Source of the DNA: Anthoceros angustus
Lineage: Eukaryota; Plantae; Anthocerotophyta
Reading direction: 5' to 3'
Assembly (NCBI GenBank): GCA_010909165.1
Contig: MU008168.1
Span: 1,240,001-1,304,000 of the forward strand
Length of the DNA: 64,000 nt
Shown piece after piece: positions 13,040 to 27,235 of this stretch. Under the pieces are notes generated by a model. The model was not told the origin of the DNA. It saw nothing but the letters and a program-made list of their open reading frames with translations, and did no database searches. Position 1 is the first letter of the stretch; every line of letters starts with the position of its first letter. The translations under genes were made by a program, and so were the position numbers.

Positions 13040-15803
13040 GGCTTCTTGGCGGCTGGCGGCGCCAGTATCCTTGCTGCTATGCTTTGACACAAGTAATGAA
13101 AGAAAATCCACGATATCAACGTTTCAAAACCCTCTTCCGTCCCTCGAATATAGTCTTTCCTCTACAAAGATCCTCAGGTGATCGAGACTCATCTGCGCTT
13201 GGGTGGCTTCAATCTAAAACAAGCGCCAGTTGCGCATGCGTTCAATTCTACTACATCGGTCTCTGCCGGGCCTTCGCTTCATCATCTTCTGCGTTGTCGC
13301 CGTCCTTGTCGCCACCACTCCCGGTGGCACAGTATCCGAGGTTTGTTGTCCTTCCTCTAGCAAGTCCCCTTTGCGTTTTCATCCTCCTTGCACTAAGTGG
13401 AACCACGAGCTTTCGAACAATTTTTTCGCTAATACAAACTTCTTTAGCCAGTGTCTTGCTCCTCTCCGGTGGGCCTCGAATGTGAGCTCCTCTTTCCATC
13501 GCAAAACCTCGAAACCATGTATGCGTTGTGGGATATAACCAACACGGAGGTCGACCTCTATTGCAATAGAATTGCGTCGAGCAATCTTTGTTGTTGTCCC
13601 ACTTCTGCGCAACCATCCGTAATCCAATCTCCTTCTTTCGAGAATGTTTTGATGAATTTCATCATCAACCCGAGAGGTCTTTGGTAGGCACACCACCATT
13701 TTGTCTTGAGACATGTACACCTTCTTCACCATGTCATGTGCAATCACGGATCGTCCATTGTTAAAAGTCCCTGCGTAATATTGGGCGTCATAGCCGTCTT
13801 TGCCTTCCTTCACACACCAAGCAAGCTATGTACTCCTTGTCTCAAATCCACCCTGTCATTACTCATGTTTGTTTTGTCCCAAGCGAAGGACACCATTCCA
13901 CCCTTGCCACATAATCCACGCATGCACTCTCTCACAAGGTGAGCTTCTTCCACTCCGTGCATGACAATGAGCTGAATTCTTCCGCCGTCGTCTTCTCACG
14001 GAAGCTTTGGAAAAGCTGTGTTCATCATGCGCATCAACCGACTATCCATAGGACCAATGTCAAAGCCTCTTGGGACATCCATAACCGAGAAGGGTATAAG
14101 CCAGCAAGGAATCCCGCATCTCCATAATGTTTCTTTTTCCACTTGATAGTAACACTCTTTCGGACCACAGAGCGGTGAACAAGTGCGGTCAGTCTTTCAA
14201 ATCCTTGTCGGCGATTGCCGCTGCTCATCCTCAAGACTCTTCCGGTTGTTAATCTCAAATATGAAGTTCTTGAAATCCTCCAGCTTTTGCAAATTCTCCA
14301 CATCCTTTATTTCTTTGAGCGAAAGAAAAACGTTAGAGCGAGGACACCACATTCCTATTGTATTCAAACAAGCGGTGATGGCGAAGGAGGGTGTGAAAGA
14401 CGCCGGCCGCGCCCTTCACACCCTCCATCGACAAATTTGGTTTGCGCTGCACCATGCCAGGCCGGCCGGCCCAGGTAGGTAAGCGGGCCAGCGGACATGG
14501 CGCCGGCCGGCCGGCCCCATGTACGACTGCGCATCCAAAAGTGGGGGCGCGGCGGCGGCGCCTCCCCATATCGCATTCTCGACAGGGGCGTGGCGAGGGC
14601 GCCGGCCGGCGGCGCCCTCGCGAATGCAACGAAAACCAAAGCGACTCATTATGCGTGGTCGGATCTCACCTTCCAGAAAAGCCGTTTGAAACCGAGCAAT
14701 CATGTCTGTTGAGTGTAGAGGATATTCCTTCCTCACTTCCTCGAAGATGAGCACTCCGGATGTTTAGCCATGGCCACTTGAATAACATGCGGTTTCTTTC
14801 TTGAAGTAATTTCGTCCTCCATTCCTTTGAGATCGAGGATGCACAGACCTTCCACTGTTGCGTGACAAGAATCTGCCCACATTCACCTTTGGTATACCAC
14901 GGAATGATTTCCAGGGTTTCATGTCTTTCGGCTTGAAATACATTGTTTCCACGTGTTTGGGATCATCTGTGACTTTCCTTTTCCCTTCCCTTTCTTCTTT
15001 GGTGCCGGTATGTGCTTCTTTCTGGTAACTCGCTTCCCACTTTGAAAAGATCTTATCAATATTATCCCATACCTTGCCCTCCCGCGATGCACGATGTGTG
15101 TCCTGTTGTCCACTTTGTTCCTTGTACACGTCATCTTGGCCTTCATCATCTTCAATTAATCCAAGAACCTTATAAAGATTGAACTTCCATGACATGGTCA
15201 TCTGACTCCATCCCGACGCGCAATAAGAAGCTCATCTCGTAAATATCTTACATTCAATAAAAGACATTTTCTTCCGCTTATCGGACATTGTGTTATGGTC
15301 GGTTGCAAGAACTCTCATCTCGGGCACCGTAAGCCCAGTATACATGCGCTTCAACATATTGAAAGCAGGACTTCCGGAGCAATATCGCCAAGTGCTTCAT
15401 AGCGACATATGTGTGGTTCCCCAAGTACACCCATAATATATTTCTTGGCGAATTTACGCGGTCCAACTTGCTAATATCGTTGCACTCCGGGGTCAATCAT
15501 GCGATAATGGCGAACCCTTCTTCAATCCTTCCCTTGAAATAACTCGGGCTAGGTAGTTTGACCATGCCTCGTCCACCCTCGATTTGGGCATCGGTGTAAT
15601 AAAAGATCTTGGCTTCAAATTCTCAAGCTTTACGATCTTGTCTCGGAACAACTTTCTTGGCATAGGCGAGTCACGATTATTGTCAATGGGTCGATTCCGG
15701 ATAGCATCTTCAAGTCTTTCCTCATCTGTCCGCACATGGGCGATCGCTATATTCTCTGGTGGGCTTCACTCACTTTCCTTCACAGATTTCTTCTTTCTCT
15801 TCC
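13040..15803 (-). pseudogene. 3' part of a ParB-like + beta-class N6-adenine/N4-cytosine DNA methyltransferase (N6_N4_Mtase-like) gene, frameshifted in this assembly
   Basis: ParB-like part: RVDEAWSNYLARVISREG, WVYLGNHTYVAMKHL, MRVLATDHNTMSDKRKKMSFIE (15570-15250). Methyltransferase part: MDVPRGFDIG (DPPY-like motif IV, 14059-14082), FAWDKTN, KEYIACLV, then YQRPLGLMMKFIKTFSKEGDWITDGCA/SGTTTKIARRNSIAIEVD (motifs X-I-II, 13548-13690). Confidence 0.8.
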
Positions 15804-17067
15804 CCCTACTAGAAAAACAGCCTATGTTACACTTTATGTTAAGATTTGGACCCCGGATGTAACACTTATGTTGCAATTTTGGGGTCATGTAACACTTTTG
15901 GGCGCTTGTTACACTTTTGGCTTGGAAACCAAACCGGGTGTTTGTTGCAACCATGTTGCAAGTGTGTTACAATTTTGTTGAGATGAAGTGAGGCGCTTTT
16001 GTCCTCTCTCAAGATTGCAACACGGTTGCAACATATAAAGTGTTACAAGAAAAGTCTTGTAACACTTTTGGAGGCTTGGAACCTCCTCCCCATCTACCTT
16101 CCTCCTTTACTACATTTACCATATAGAATACTTGGTTTCCTTATTACCTCGTATGAATACATATAAATAAATACATGTATGCATACAGTCTTCGTAGAAT
16201 ACTGGTATTGGTAATATGCCATATACGACAATTTCCTATGACATACGGTTATATTTCATTTTGTATAAAACACAGTTTGCAACATATAAATAAATTGTAC
16301 ACGTCCGAGGATACTATACTTTGTATTCATCATTCACGAAAACACATGCGGATACATACATCCCACATTTCACCCAGTGACCTATTTTTGTGTGTCCGAT
16401 GTCGCAACCTACCTTCTCTAGCGGGCGTTACGTGCGGCTTGTCCCCATGCCCATCGGCTTCTTGCCATGGCTCGCCCACCCTTCTTATCACTATTTACTA
16501 CTTTGTCCTTCCTAGGAGTTTGCTTTCTTGCGTGGGTTCTTTCGCTCCATACAGGCGCTTCTTCATTTCTAATTTCCTACTCCTCATCGTATGCATGAGA
16601 AGGAAACCTCCTACAACCCCCTGTTTTACGATTTTCTTCCTCCCCTTCCTCTTGCGTTCGTCGCGACCGACTTTCCCTTTCCATCGCATCCACCTCCCCT
16701 TCCGATCCTCTGCACCACGCAGTACAAACATCGCAGCATGCCCTTGATACATGTGCAGCATATAGTGGTGTGCTGACCTTCAATTGCTTACCTTCCCGCA
16801 CCCATACTGTTTTCTTATGTACCTCTTGCCCACCATCTGCTCCTTCCATCCTCGCTCTTTCATGGCCGTGCCTGTCACACGGCCCCCCTGCCTCATGCAC
16901 CTCCCGCTTTCCTCTTTCGGCCTCCACCTTTGTCCAGTGGCGTAGCCTCCAATGGGGCCCATTGTGGAGGTCCATGCTTTCAACATCGGTGCTGGTATGT
17001 GTCAGCACGGTTAGGCACGCCCTCAATGTCGTCCCCCTCATACTCTGCGCCCTTTGTTGTTTGCGTT

Positions 17068-20000
17068 CGCCATCAAGCTGTACCCCTTTTGCCCTCCCTC
17101 CTCTCTCCAATTCCCTCCCTCCCTCCCCTCCGTTTTTGGCCCCCTCCTCTCTCCCAATGCATTCTACTCCCACCGTCCTCCTACTTATCCCCCACATCCA
17201 CACCACCACCTCCTCCCCTCGGGCGTCGCGCCATCTTGCCATGTTCCCCACATCACCACCACCTCCTGCGGTGCATGCCTGCTTCCATCCTCGTCTCAAA
17301 TGCCACTCTGGATCCATCTCAATTCCATGTCGTTCAACAAAATTGTCATCTCCTTGTCCTCCGGCCATAGCTTGAACCTCCTGGGGTGGTTCGGTTATTC
17401 CATGTCTTACCATGTATGAACTGGGATGACACCCGCGAACCGCCCAGAGGTTGCATGGAGATCGTCCTCTTGATCTCCCAAATTCAGCCTCCTCTTGATT
17501 TGGGTACCTCCCATGCTTCTTCTCAAACCGAAGCACCCATCCAGACGCCTCCCTTGCCCCAAGGGTTTGGCCCCAGCCCGCTTTTGGCCAGCCTCTCTTT
17601 TCTGCAAGTTCATACTTGATGGCTCGAACTTCCTGCTTGCAGCTCCATCCGAGCCTGTGCAAGGGCATCTTCCCACTCCTCCTCGTCCACCATGCTCGGC
17701 TTCTTACCGCTCCTCCCCTGCTCCCTCTCCTCTAATGTGCCGCCTTTGCGGCCTCCACACATCGAGAATTGCGTGCGAGTCATTTGCGAAGTGTCGGCTT
17801 ATCTTGGACTTCACCACCGGTCGGGAAGGCTTGACACCGATTTCACTAACGTCCCTTCTCCCCTCGGGCGTCGCGCCATCTTGCCATGTTCCCTCATTCA
17901 CAACCTTTGTCCTCACTCAACAGCTTCAGGCCTTGCTCAGACTCGAACAACATCGGATTCCCTTCCCTTCTGTCCTTTGCTTTTGCATTGCCTCCTTGAC
18001 CATTTCACGCCATTCCTTTTATCAAGGTCGCCACGCATCGTTGTCCACCTCGGACACCACTCCATCAAGATCCGCCTCACACCTCCTCTCCCTTGTCATC
18101 ACACCTCCCCTTGGCGAACCGCCGCCATTCCTCATCCGAGGCGCGTCGGCGCCGGACCCCGCCCACGGTTGCCCGCCTGCCCTCGGTTTTGTTTGCCTTC
18201 TCGCGGTCCCAACCACCTCCCGTGTTGCCATGGGCTGCCTCCACATGTCTGCATGCATGAATGCCAAGATGCCAAGCAAGGTGCACTGCAACGCCCGCAG
18301 CAATCGCATCAACGTGTGTACAAATTGAACAAGGCGTTCTTGTCAATCCGGTCTCGAAACACCCACCTCATCGATAGCAAAGCATCGTCACCACTCACAA
18401 CGCGAACAATGCTCCAAGTCCGCGTCTGGGATATTCACGTCTCCATGTCCTCAAATCGCCATTGGTTCGCCGCCATGTTCCCTTGTCCCTCACAACTCTC
18501 GTGTGTCTATGTAGGACGCGGTGGTCGGCCCTGGATCGAGGTTAGGTGGTGGGGTGGATGGCGAGGTAGCTCGAGACGAGCTTGCCCTCTCATCCTCCCC
18601 ACCACCTACGGATAGGGCGCCGACGCCGGCCGACGCAGCTCCTAGCGGGGTATCGATGTCGCAAACTCGCTTCACGCCCTTCCCTTCCCTTCACATCCAT
18701 TGCCCGTTCGTGGGCGCCACCGCCATCTTGAAGGCATTGGCTTGCCCCTTCCCGATAGTTGCCAAGCCAAGGGTGCATGCCAAAATTCAAAGCTCTTCAT
18801 ATGGAAAGCCTTTGTTTGCAAACTCCGGCGGTCATTATTAAGCTCACGGAAATCAGCCTCACGTGCCCTTTCTCCTTCGCCATAATGACTAGTGTTTTAT
18901 ATTACGACAACTTGTAGTCCCTTGCCCACAATTGAGTGCGAGATCTAGAAGAGGTCATCATTGCATTGCCGATAATCGTGTCGCCATGTGAACACCGCCA
19001 TCAAGCTACCCCTTTTGCCCTCCCCTCCCCTCCCCTCCCCTCCCTCGTTTCTCTTCGTGTTTGCCCCCTCCTCTCTCCCAATGCATTCTACTCCCACCGT
19101 CCTCCTACTTATCCCCCCCCATCCACACCACCACCTCCTGCTTCATGCCCTCTTCCATCCTTCGTCTGGAAATGCCGATCCCGGATCCATCTCAATTCCA
19201 TGTCGTTCAACAAAATTGTCATCTCCTTGTCCTCCGGCCATAGCTTGAACCTCACAGGGGGTGGTTCCGGTTATTCCATGTCTTACCATATGAACTCAGA
19301 CGGACCCGCCTTGTCATGGCCTTGAGGTTGCATGGAGATCCTCTTGATCTCCCAAATTGACCTCCTCTTGATTTGGGTACCTCCCATGCTTCTTCTCAAG
19401 CAGCACCCATCCACCACGCCCTCCCTTGCCCCAAGGGTTTGGCTGACCCTCCGTTTTGTGACCTCTCTTTTCTGCAAGTTCATACTTGATGGCTCGAACT
19501 TCCCGTTTCGTTGCACTCCATCCGAGCCCGAGCAAGGGCATCTTCCCACTCCTCCTCGTCCACCATGCTCGGCTTCTTACCGCTCCTCCCCTCCTGCTCC
19601 CTCTCCTCTAATCTGCGCCTTTGGCCTCCACCTTGAGAATTGCGCGTGCGAGTCATTTGCGAAGTGTCGGCTTATCTTGGACTTCACCACCGGTCGGGAA
19701 GGCTTGACACCGATTTCACTAACGTCCCTTCTCCCCTCGGGCGTCGCGCCATCTTGCCATGTTCCGGTTCATTCACAACCTTTGTCCTCACCGGTTTCAT
19801 GACTCTTATTGCCTTGCTTGCTCGACCCCGAACAACGCCAGTTCCCTTCCCTTCACATCCTTTGCTTTTGCATTGCCTCCTTGACCATTTCCGCCATTCC
19901 TTTTATCAAGGTCACGGTGCATCGTTGTCCACCTCACACCACTCCTGACATCGGTTCACGCACCTCCTCTCCCTTGTCATCACACCTCCCCTTGGCGGCC

Positions 20001-20903
20001 GTCGCCATTCCTCATCCAGTTCTTGTCGTGTGCGGGCGATCGCGGACCACCTTGCGGGTTTGCCACATCCTCGGTTTTCGGTTTGCCTTCTCGCGGTCCC
20101 AACCACCTCCCGTGTTGCCATGGGCTGCCTCCATCTCTGTGCATGAGCAGTGCCCGGCGCCAAGCAAGGTGCCCCCAGCGTCCAAAGCCGCATCAAGCGT
20201 GTGTACAAATTGAACAAGGCGTTCTTGTCAATCCGGTCTCGAAACACCCACCTCATCGATAGCAAAGCGCCGTCACCGCTGCGTTCAATTCGGACGCAAT
20301 GCTCCAAATCGCGTCCCATGGGATATTCACGTCTCCATGTCCTCAAATCGCCATTGGTTGCCATGTTCCCTTGTCCCTCACAACTCTCGTGTGTCTATGT
20401 GGGGGCGGTGGCCTGGTGAGGCAGCGGCTGGATCGAGGTGTTAGGTGGGGTGTGGATGGCGAGTAGCTCGAGGCAGCTTGCCTCTCATCCTCCCCACCAC
20501 CTACGGATGGCGTCGGCGGCAGCGTCGGCCCGCCGGCGGTGGTGCTCTAGCGGGGTATCGATGTCGCAAACTCGGCTTGCCCCTTCCTTCATCCATTGCC
20601 CGTTCGTGGGCGCCACCGCGCCATCTTTGAAGGCATTGGCTTGCCCCTTCACGATAGTTGCCAAGCCAAGGGTGCATGCCAAAATTCAAAGCTCTTCATA
20701 TGGAAAGCCTTTGTTTGCAAACTCGTCGGCATTTCCTTAACATTTACGGAATCGGCGTCCTCACTTGCCCCTTTCTCCTTCGCCATAATGACTAGTGTTT
20801 TATATTACGACAACTTGTAGTCCCTTGCCCACAATTGAGTGCGAGATCTAGAAGAATCATCATGCATATTCTTAATGTCGGTGTCGTCATGTGAACACCG
20901 CCC
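17068..20903. repeat. ~1.9-kb tandem duplication inside the CACTA element (17068-18998 / 18995-20903)
   Basis: Both units start CGCCATCAAGCT and end GTGAACACCGCC. The copies are collinear but differ by many small indels. Confidence 0.9.
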
Positions 20904-21099
20904 AAGACCACGGTATTTTGCAGTGTGACGTTGGTTACGTTGTCTTCCAATTGAGCCATATTACGCTCAGAGTCCGGAGGTTCGCCCCATCTTCGTAGTG
21001 TCACGTTGGTTCTGTTGTCTTCCAATGGAGCCACATTACATTACGTTCGCTGGTCCGGGAGGTTCGCCCCATCCTCGGCGTCCATAGGCCACATGCCAT

Positions 21100-23990
21100 G
21101 CGCTATATGGCTCCGTCCACTCGCTTCGCGTCCCTCCATCCTCGCGTGGGTACGGGCGATGGCCCTATGTTTTCATCCCCGTCTCGGATGCGCATACGCT
21201 GCGTCACTGCGATGGCCACAAGCGGACCATCTATTGAGCGCACACACAAACTTTCTCCGTATTTACAATGTCAAATCCGTACGACTTTCGCATCGATGGC
21301 CTTGTCCCTCCCGGCCGACACTGCACCATCTAACCTTCAACAAAATTGGCTTAAACTCATGCGAGAACCGCAGCGGAGTATTTGTTCTATGTGCCGTAGA
21401 GCAGGCGCTCCTCTTCAATGTCGCCGCCACCGCCCACATGAGAAACTGGCCACCGTGACTCCTTTGTACTCGGCGTTTGTCCGCCCACCGCTCGAGGTGG
21501 CTGCCTTTGTTCCACATGTGGCTATATGCCACCGCTGCAACGCAGCCCATCCATGATTGCGGTCACTTCGTGGGTCATGCAAGGATGCCCATCCCATGCT
21601 CGAGCCCTTCTTCCATATATCCACCGCCCGAAAGTCCGACCATCCTGCACCGTTTGTCCTAACTTCTTCCTCGTACATGTCCAAGAACGCAGCACCTCGT
21701 GATACAACACATATGTGTGCGCGTGCCTCCACGGCATCCATAATGTCACGGCCGACACCCACCTTCTCCCCATACGCTCGTCATCCCATGCTTCTCCCAC
21801 GTGGCGTAATAGCGGAGAAATGTCATGCCGAAATGCAAACTCTCCTCACGCATGTACCCCACCGCTATACGGACTCGGGTCTCACCTGTCGACCGTCCGC
21901 TCGGATCCTAAATATCTCTCCACGGGTACATCCACCTAGTGTGAACTGGCCCAAAGCGGCCACCTCGTCCACTAAGTGTAATATGAGGTGGGTTGATATA
22001 TCAAACATCTTGAAATTGCTTCTCGAGAGCACATTACCCTCACTTGCCTCTTGTGCTTGGATGTCCCGACTCGGTATCGTGGCAAATCCACAAGGCCCTA
22101 GCTTTACAACCGCCTTGTACACCTCGCTCTATGCACCCCGAGGACGATGGGGAATATGATTTCCAACATAATGTGCGATCATGGCATTCAGTGCCAACTT
22201 TCCGCTTTCCACCTTAGCGCTATGTTGGACCCATAGGGCTTGATGCGTTTAATGCCCTCAATCACGGTCTTCAAGTCCGACGGACAAACGACGCTATGCG
22301 GTATTGGCCATCGTCACCTACAGTGCCACAACCATCTTTTCCTCCGCTTGTTTCCATGTCCATGCGCGAAGCAATGTCATCTCGCTCTCCGTCGGCGTGT
22401 GCCATATGGCCTCGCATTGTTTTTCCACGCATCACATCCTTTGGCGCCACACAAGCATGTGACGCCAGATGGGGTGACTCGAACAAGGACGACATTCTCG
22501 GTTCCAAAGTTGCCTACCGACGGACGCGCAGTGTCGCAGCTGCCATATCCGCTACAATATCATCGAACGGCGGCTTTGGTTTGGAGGTCCGCCACCCATC
22601 AAACCAATCGCATCCTCCCACCGCCATCATTAGCCGGTAGCCACCGACGCGATCCGACATAAACGGGCTTTTCAAATCTCGGAATAGCGAGAATCAAGGT
22701 CCACCAAGAATCGACACACGCCGCTTCCTCTCACTTGCAATCCGAGGGTACCCAACCCGGTAATCGGCAATGATGTGCGAATCACCAGAATTTGAAATGC
22801 CTCTTAGGATGGTTTACGATTGAGAAATCTTCCATGTCCACCCCTCCATAACTCTTCGAGTTCATCTACCGGTGCCATGTACACATCGAAATTTTAACCA
22901 TCCCGCCCCCGCACAATCGAGGCATGATGACATGCGTCCTTTGTGCCGCCCCAAGGTGGCATGTTGTGCACAAATACCAAAACCGCCATATGGACGTGTT
23001 TGCAGACAGGCCAAACGGGTTGAACCTGTGGATAATGCTAACCTCAAGTTCCTCGGTCATCGAAACCATCAAGCTCTAGTGCTCCATGCCGGGGTATCCG
23101 CCATCATGGACATGTCCCCATTCTCGCTTTGCCTCCCGACATACCAAGTCATCAATCGTGCTATTTCCGCCATTCAAACATGCGTTTCGTCTTCAAGGGA
23201 AAATGCGAGGACCTTCCGAGGACTCCGACCCGTTCATCAAACCCATCCTCGAACCGCGGCCCCACACTTTGGGCAATGGTTGCATTTACTCAATGTAACG
23301 CATCTTTCTCACAAGCATGGATTTTCTCATATCGGGGCCAAATAGGTGCAAGTTGACTTGGCCTCGACATGTCCTTCTAACTCGTCGAACGGCAAAAATC
23401 CACACTTAAGATCTTTAAGAGGGTCGTTACGCCATGATGTCAAACATGGTTTGCCAAGACAACAACAGTGTGCGCAGCCTTCGCCACCGCCTGCTCACTG
23501 GTATAAAGGCCTCGCCAGCCGCTGCGGCCTGTGCGCGGTTCCTCCGTGCCAAGTGCATGATCGTTGCTTCCAGCAAGTCGCCCACGAGTGCATAGAGGTA
23601 CATCTTCACGCCCTGCCTCGTCCATGCTCTCCACATCGGAGCGCCACTTTGGTCGCCCCATTGCCTTATGCCTCGCATTTCATACTCCTCGAGCCGCTTC
23701 CGATCCGGGAGAGACGCCTTCAAGGCCTCCGCCACCGCTGTCCAAACTTGGCTCCACACCGCGATAAACCTCGAATGCAAATTAGAGAAAAGTGGCAGTG
23801 CACGCAATGAGCTTACCGCGCCGGAGCCCGTACCGCAACAAGCAGTCCTTTGAGATGTGTGAATCCCACGGGAGGTCGCCACACACCGACGGCATGGACA
23901 AAACATGTAAACCTCATTTGCAATCGGGGCATCGCACGTGGTCCCGACCCTGTCGACGGCAAGAATCGGGGCACGCAAGACAGTAACCTA
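21100..23990 (-). pseudogene. CACTA TnpD-type transposase (Transpos_assoc, Transposase_21, DUF4218-like), degenerate
   Basis: MFCPCRRC (~23900); MADTPAW (~23100); RLALST and FNPFGLS (~23030); FDISTHLILHLVDEVAALG / HTRWMYP (~21930-22010). Confidence 0.85.
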
Positions 23991-26884
23991 TGAATGCCGC
24001 ACGCACCGGAATTCATGTCCAATTCATCGACCCATCAGACACGCCTGCTTGTAGGTGCGGGCATCACGCCGCAGCGCAGACGTCACCTCCAAATCGAGAA
24101 CCCCCTTCAACATTAGAGCACCTCGGACGCGAGCCGTCCGTCGATGGCACGGAGAGAAGGGGTACTGTGATTCACGCCATGTTCATCCCGGTGAGAGCGA
24201 CCGGATGGGATGAATCATTGCATTGGCGGGATGTCCGGGGCCCGAATAAACACTCCCGACGTTGAGCACCGTAGCGGGTGAGGTGACGGCGGCTATTGAA
24301 AGGGAGGAGATGAGCAGCCAGCGTCAAGAACGGGCTACCGCTACATGATCGTGAGTCATTGCACTTGCAAACATGTGTTACAAAACAGATGCCCCACCTC
24401 CTTCACAATTTTACATTCAAACCGAAGCGGTTGCATTGAAAGGAAGGAAGATGCTCGACGAGGCGCGCCATCCTTGCCGCAGCCACCTCCTTGATTTGCA
24501 CCGTCCATAGCGAGGATAGTGTTGAGCTCATGCTCTCAAAGTCTCTATACAACTCCCATGTTGCGTGCGCCATTGCGGAAAGGCGCAGCACTGGCCGCAC
24601 AGTGTTCCATGCCGTCTTCCGCCGCCCCAAGTCCATTCTTGAGGTGTGTGTGTAGTAGTGGCCGCGCTATGTGAAGCCCCCACAACGGCAGCTTTGTTCT
24701 ATCCAAACAATCGACTCAAGTTCTCGCAGAAATCGGATCGTGGCATGCAAAAGTGTAGCTCCTGCGACTTGCCTCTTCCTCCCATTGGGAAATTGCTGCG
24801 CTGCGGCCGGCGTGGGGGACGACGGCGCTCCCAAAGCTGAATCCTCCCCGCCTTCCTCTCCCTTCAGACATGGTCGGTGAAGGCGGGGAGTGTTGTGTGC
24901 ATGCCTTCCCTTCCTCTCAACCTCCCTTTCGCCTTCAACTTTCGAGGCTTGAAAGTCCCCGCCTCGCTTCCACCTCGATCCATCACGGTTTGGAGGCGAC
25001 ACTTGTATAGTTTGGCCGCGTGCCACTATCCGGAGGAGGGCAACGCCATGGCAAAGGATCCCAAAGTTTGTGAATCCATATGGCATCCATCGGCACACAT
25101 GCACGATTGACACGCGTCAAACATAAGTGACGTGGGTGGTGACACATGTCGCTCACGATGGATGGGCACCAACCCCTATCCATCCATTCCGAAGTGGACA
25201 TGACAGTCATCGACTTTTATTGCGGTGTTGATGAGTAGTACACGTGGTACAAATGGAGGAAGCACATTTCCCAATGCCGCCTTTAAGAATGGTGAAAGTA
25301 TACCCCAGAATGTGAGGTATAAGCCGCCCCCCCGAACACGACGACTATCATGCCCAAGAGACGGCAAAAGCCGGGGCCGACCAAGCTCGCCTGTCCTTCG
25401 TGGCGGGAGAGAGCAACCTCCCCATCGCCGCCGATGGCCATCGCCGTGAACAGGAACCGCTCTCTCGATGGCCATCGCTGGCGGGCCGCTGTCGCAATAT
25501 CCAATATCACCGCAATGTTGTGCAACATCAAGGTGAGGAAATGAACGCTTTGCAACATAAAGAGAAATCCAAACATCCACGAGGTTGAAAGAAATGATCG
25601 CCACAGGTCACGGCTTGTGAAACGAGGCAACGCGATTTGTGCCCGACACCTTCCATGCCACATGAGGTTGGATACCATGCCGCCACTCCGTGACCATTGA
25701 CAGACTTCCACATTGCCACCCCAATGGCGGATTCCCATTTGCATGCACACGAAGACACGCCCACTAAGATGGGCGAAACGCCTCCAGCGCTTGGGGTCCT
25801 TGATGGCCATCGGCGAGGGGCGGGTGTGCACCGGAGATGGAGAGAACAAACCAATGGTGGTTCTCGGTTCCACCCGCACCGAGGCGCCCAACGAAGTTGG
25901 TTTCCTACATGCCCATGGCAATTGCGGACGGATGAAGAGAGGAGGAGAGCAAGGGTTGGGGAGTGCGGCCTCCTCGACTATTCCACAAGGGCGACGCATC
26001 CGCTTGAGGAGCAGATCGCCACAACCATGAAGCGGAGGCCCGGGCAAGGTCATTTAAACCGCATGCAGATGAGGCCGCCGTGGCAACCACTTGTCATGGC
26101 GAATGGAGGAACGGTCGAGGAATCTTTCATGTCGACTGCTCAGAAGGAAAACGCAGCATGGCGTGCTTTCCGCTATCGATTTCCATGAATGACCACTATT
26201 GCAAGTTGCAATGAGGATGGCGGTCGGTTAGTGCGGGCATAGAGTGGCTGATTCCAATGCCGGTGCTCTGCGTGATATGAAAAAAACAAACGGCCGTGGC
26301 GACGTTGCCTTCGGACGTGAGGGTTGTCGCGCGCCAATTTGCCATGTCATCCACCGCCATGTCTCCTAGTTGATGGTCAATACCGGGCCCGCCCGACAGA
26401 CATTATGCTCGAAATGGGCCACGGCATGGCAAAGGCAGGATCTTATTTGTGATCTACTACCGTTGGCCAAGATCTCTCTTAGGCTGGTCAAAGAGGAGCG
26501 ATCGACAAGTGCCATGCCGTGTGCGAAATGATGATCACGCCTTCCTTACATCACGGGACATGGCACGCCAAATGCCACCGTCACCATCACTTATTGGCAA
26601 TGGCGCACGGTCGACATTAGCGGTATCTTCACTTTGATGAAGGCAACCAAGTCAGTGGGTTTCAAGTAGGATACATCATAGGGTTCGACCTACCACTTGT
26701 CCTTTTGTCATGGCATATTGTATGCGGGCCATGTATAAGGATCATAATAATGGCGATGTTTATTGCCATTGTGGTTATAATGTCCCCAAAAGGGAAAGGC
26801 GGAAAGAATGTAGGTGGCCTCACCGATGATCTCCTCCTCCCTTCCTTCCACCCGCCACCATGGTCATACGAGTGAAATAAATTA

Positions 26885-27235
26885 CTTGGACCATGGTCAT
26901 TGACGATTGCAACAATGGTCCTCATCTCAAAAGTATCAACATGCTCACACATATGCATTAACCATCCTTGGACCATGGTCATTCGATTGCATTGCGAACA
27001 ATGGTCCTTAAAAAGTATTCAACATGCTGAACACATATGCATTAAGATCCTTGGACCATGGTCATTGCATTAACAATGGTCCTTGGATCTCAAAAAGTCA
27101 TGTCCACCATATGCAAGAACCATCCTTGGAACATGGTCATTCCGATTGCATTGCGAACAATGGTCCTTGGATCTCAAAAGTAGTCAACACTTTCCACCAC
27201 ATATGCGAACCATCCTTGGACCATGGTCTTTGAAC
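26885..27235. repeat. ~80-bp degenerate tandem repeat, ~4 copies
   Basis: CTTGGACCATGGTCATT...AACAATGGTCCT...CATATGC recurs at ~26887, 26968, 27051, 27126 and 27216. Confidence 0.85.

Noticed and set aside
13040-15803. Bacterial or phage contamination as the source of the ParB-methyltransferase
   Set aside because: It is interrupted by a eukaryotic CACTA element, enclosed by TIRs with a eukaryotic-type transposase, and contiguous with intron-rich plant genes.
25080-25300. TET/JBP 2OG-Fe(II) dioxygenase partner for the methyltransferase
   Set aside because: No convincing HxD...H...R motif set in any frame, and the stretch lies inside the nested CACTA rather than the methyltransferase element.
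26885-27235. Repeat-spacer array
   Set aside because: The intervening sequences are themselves homologous, so it is a degenerate tandem repeat.
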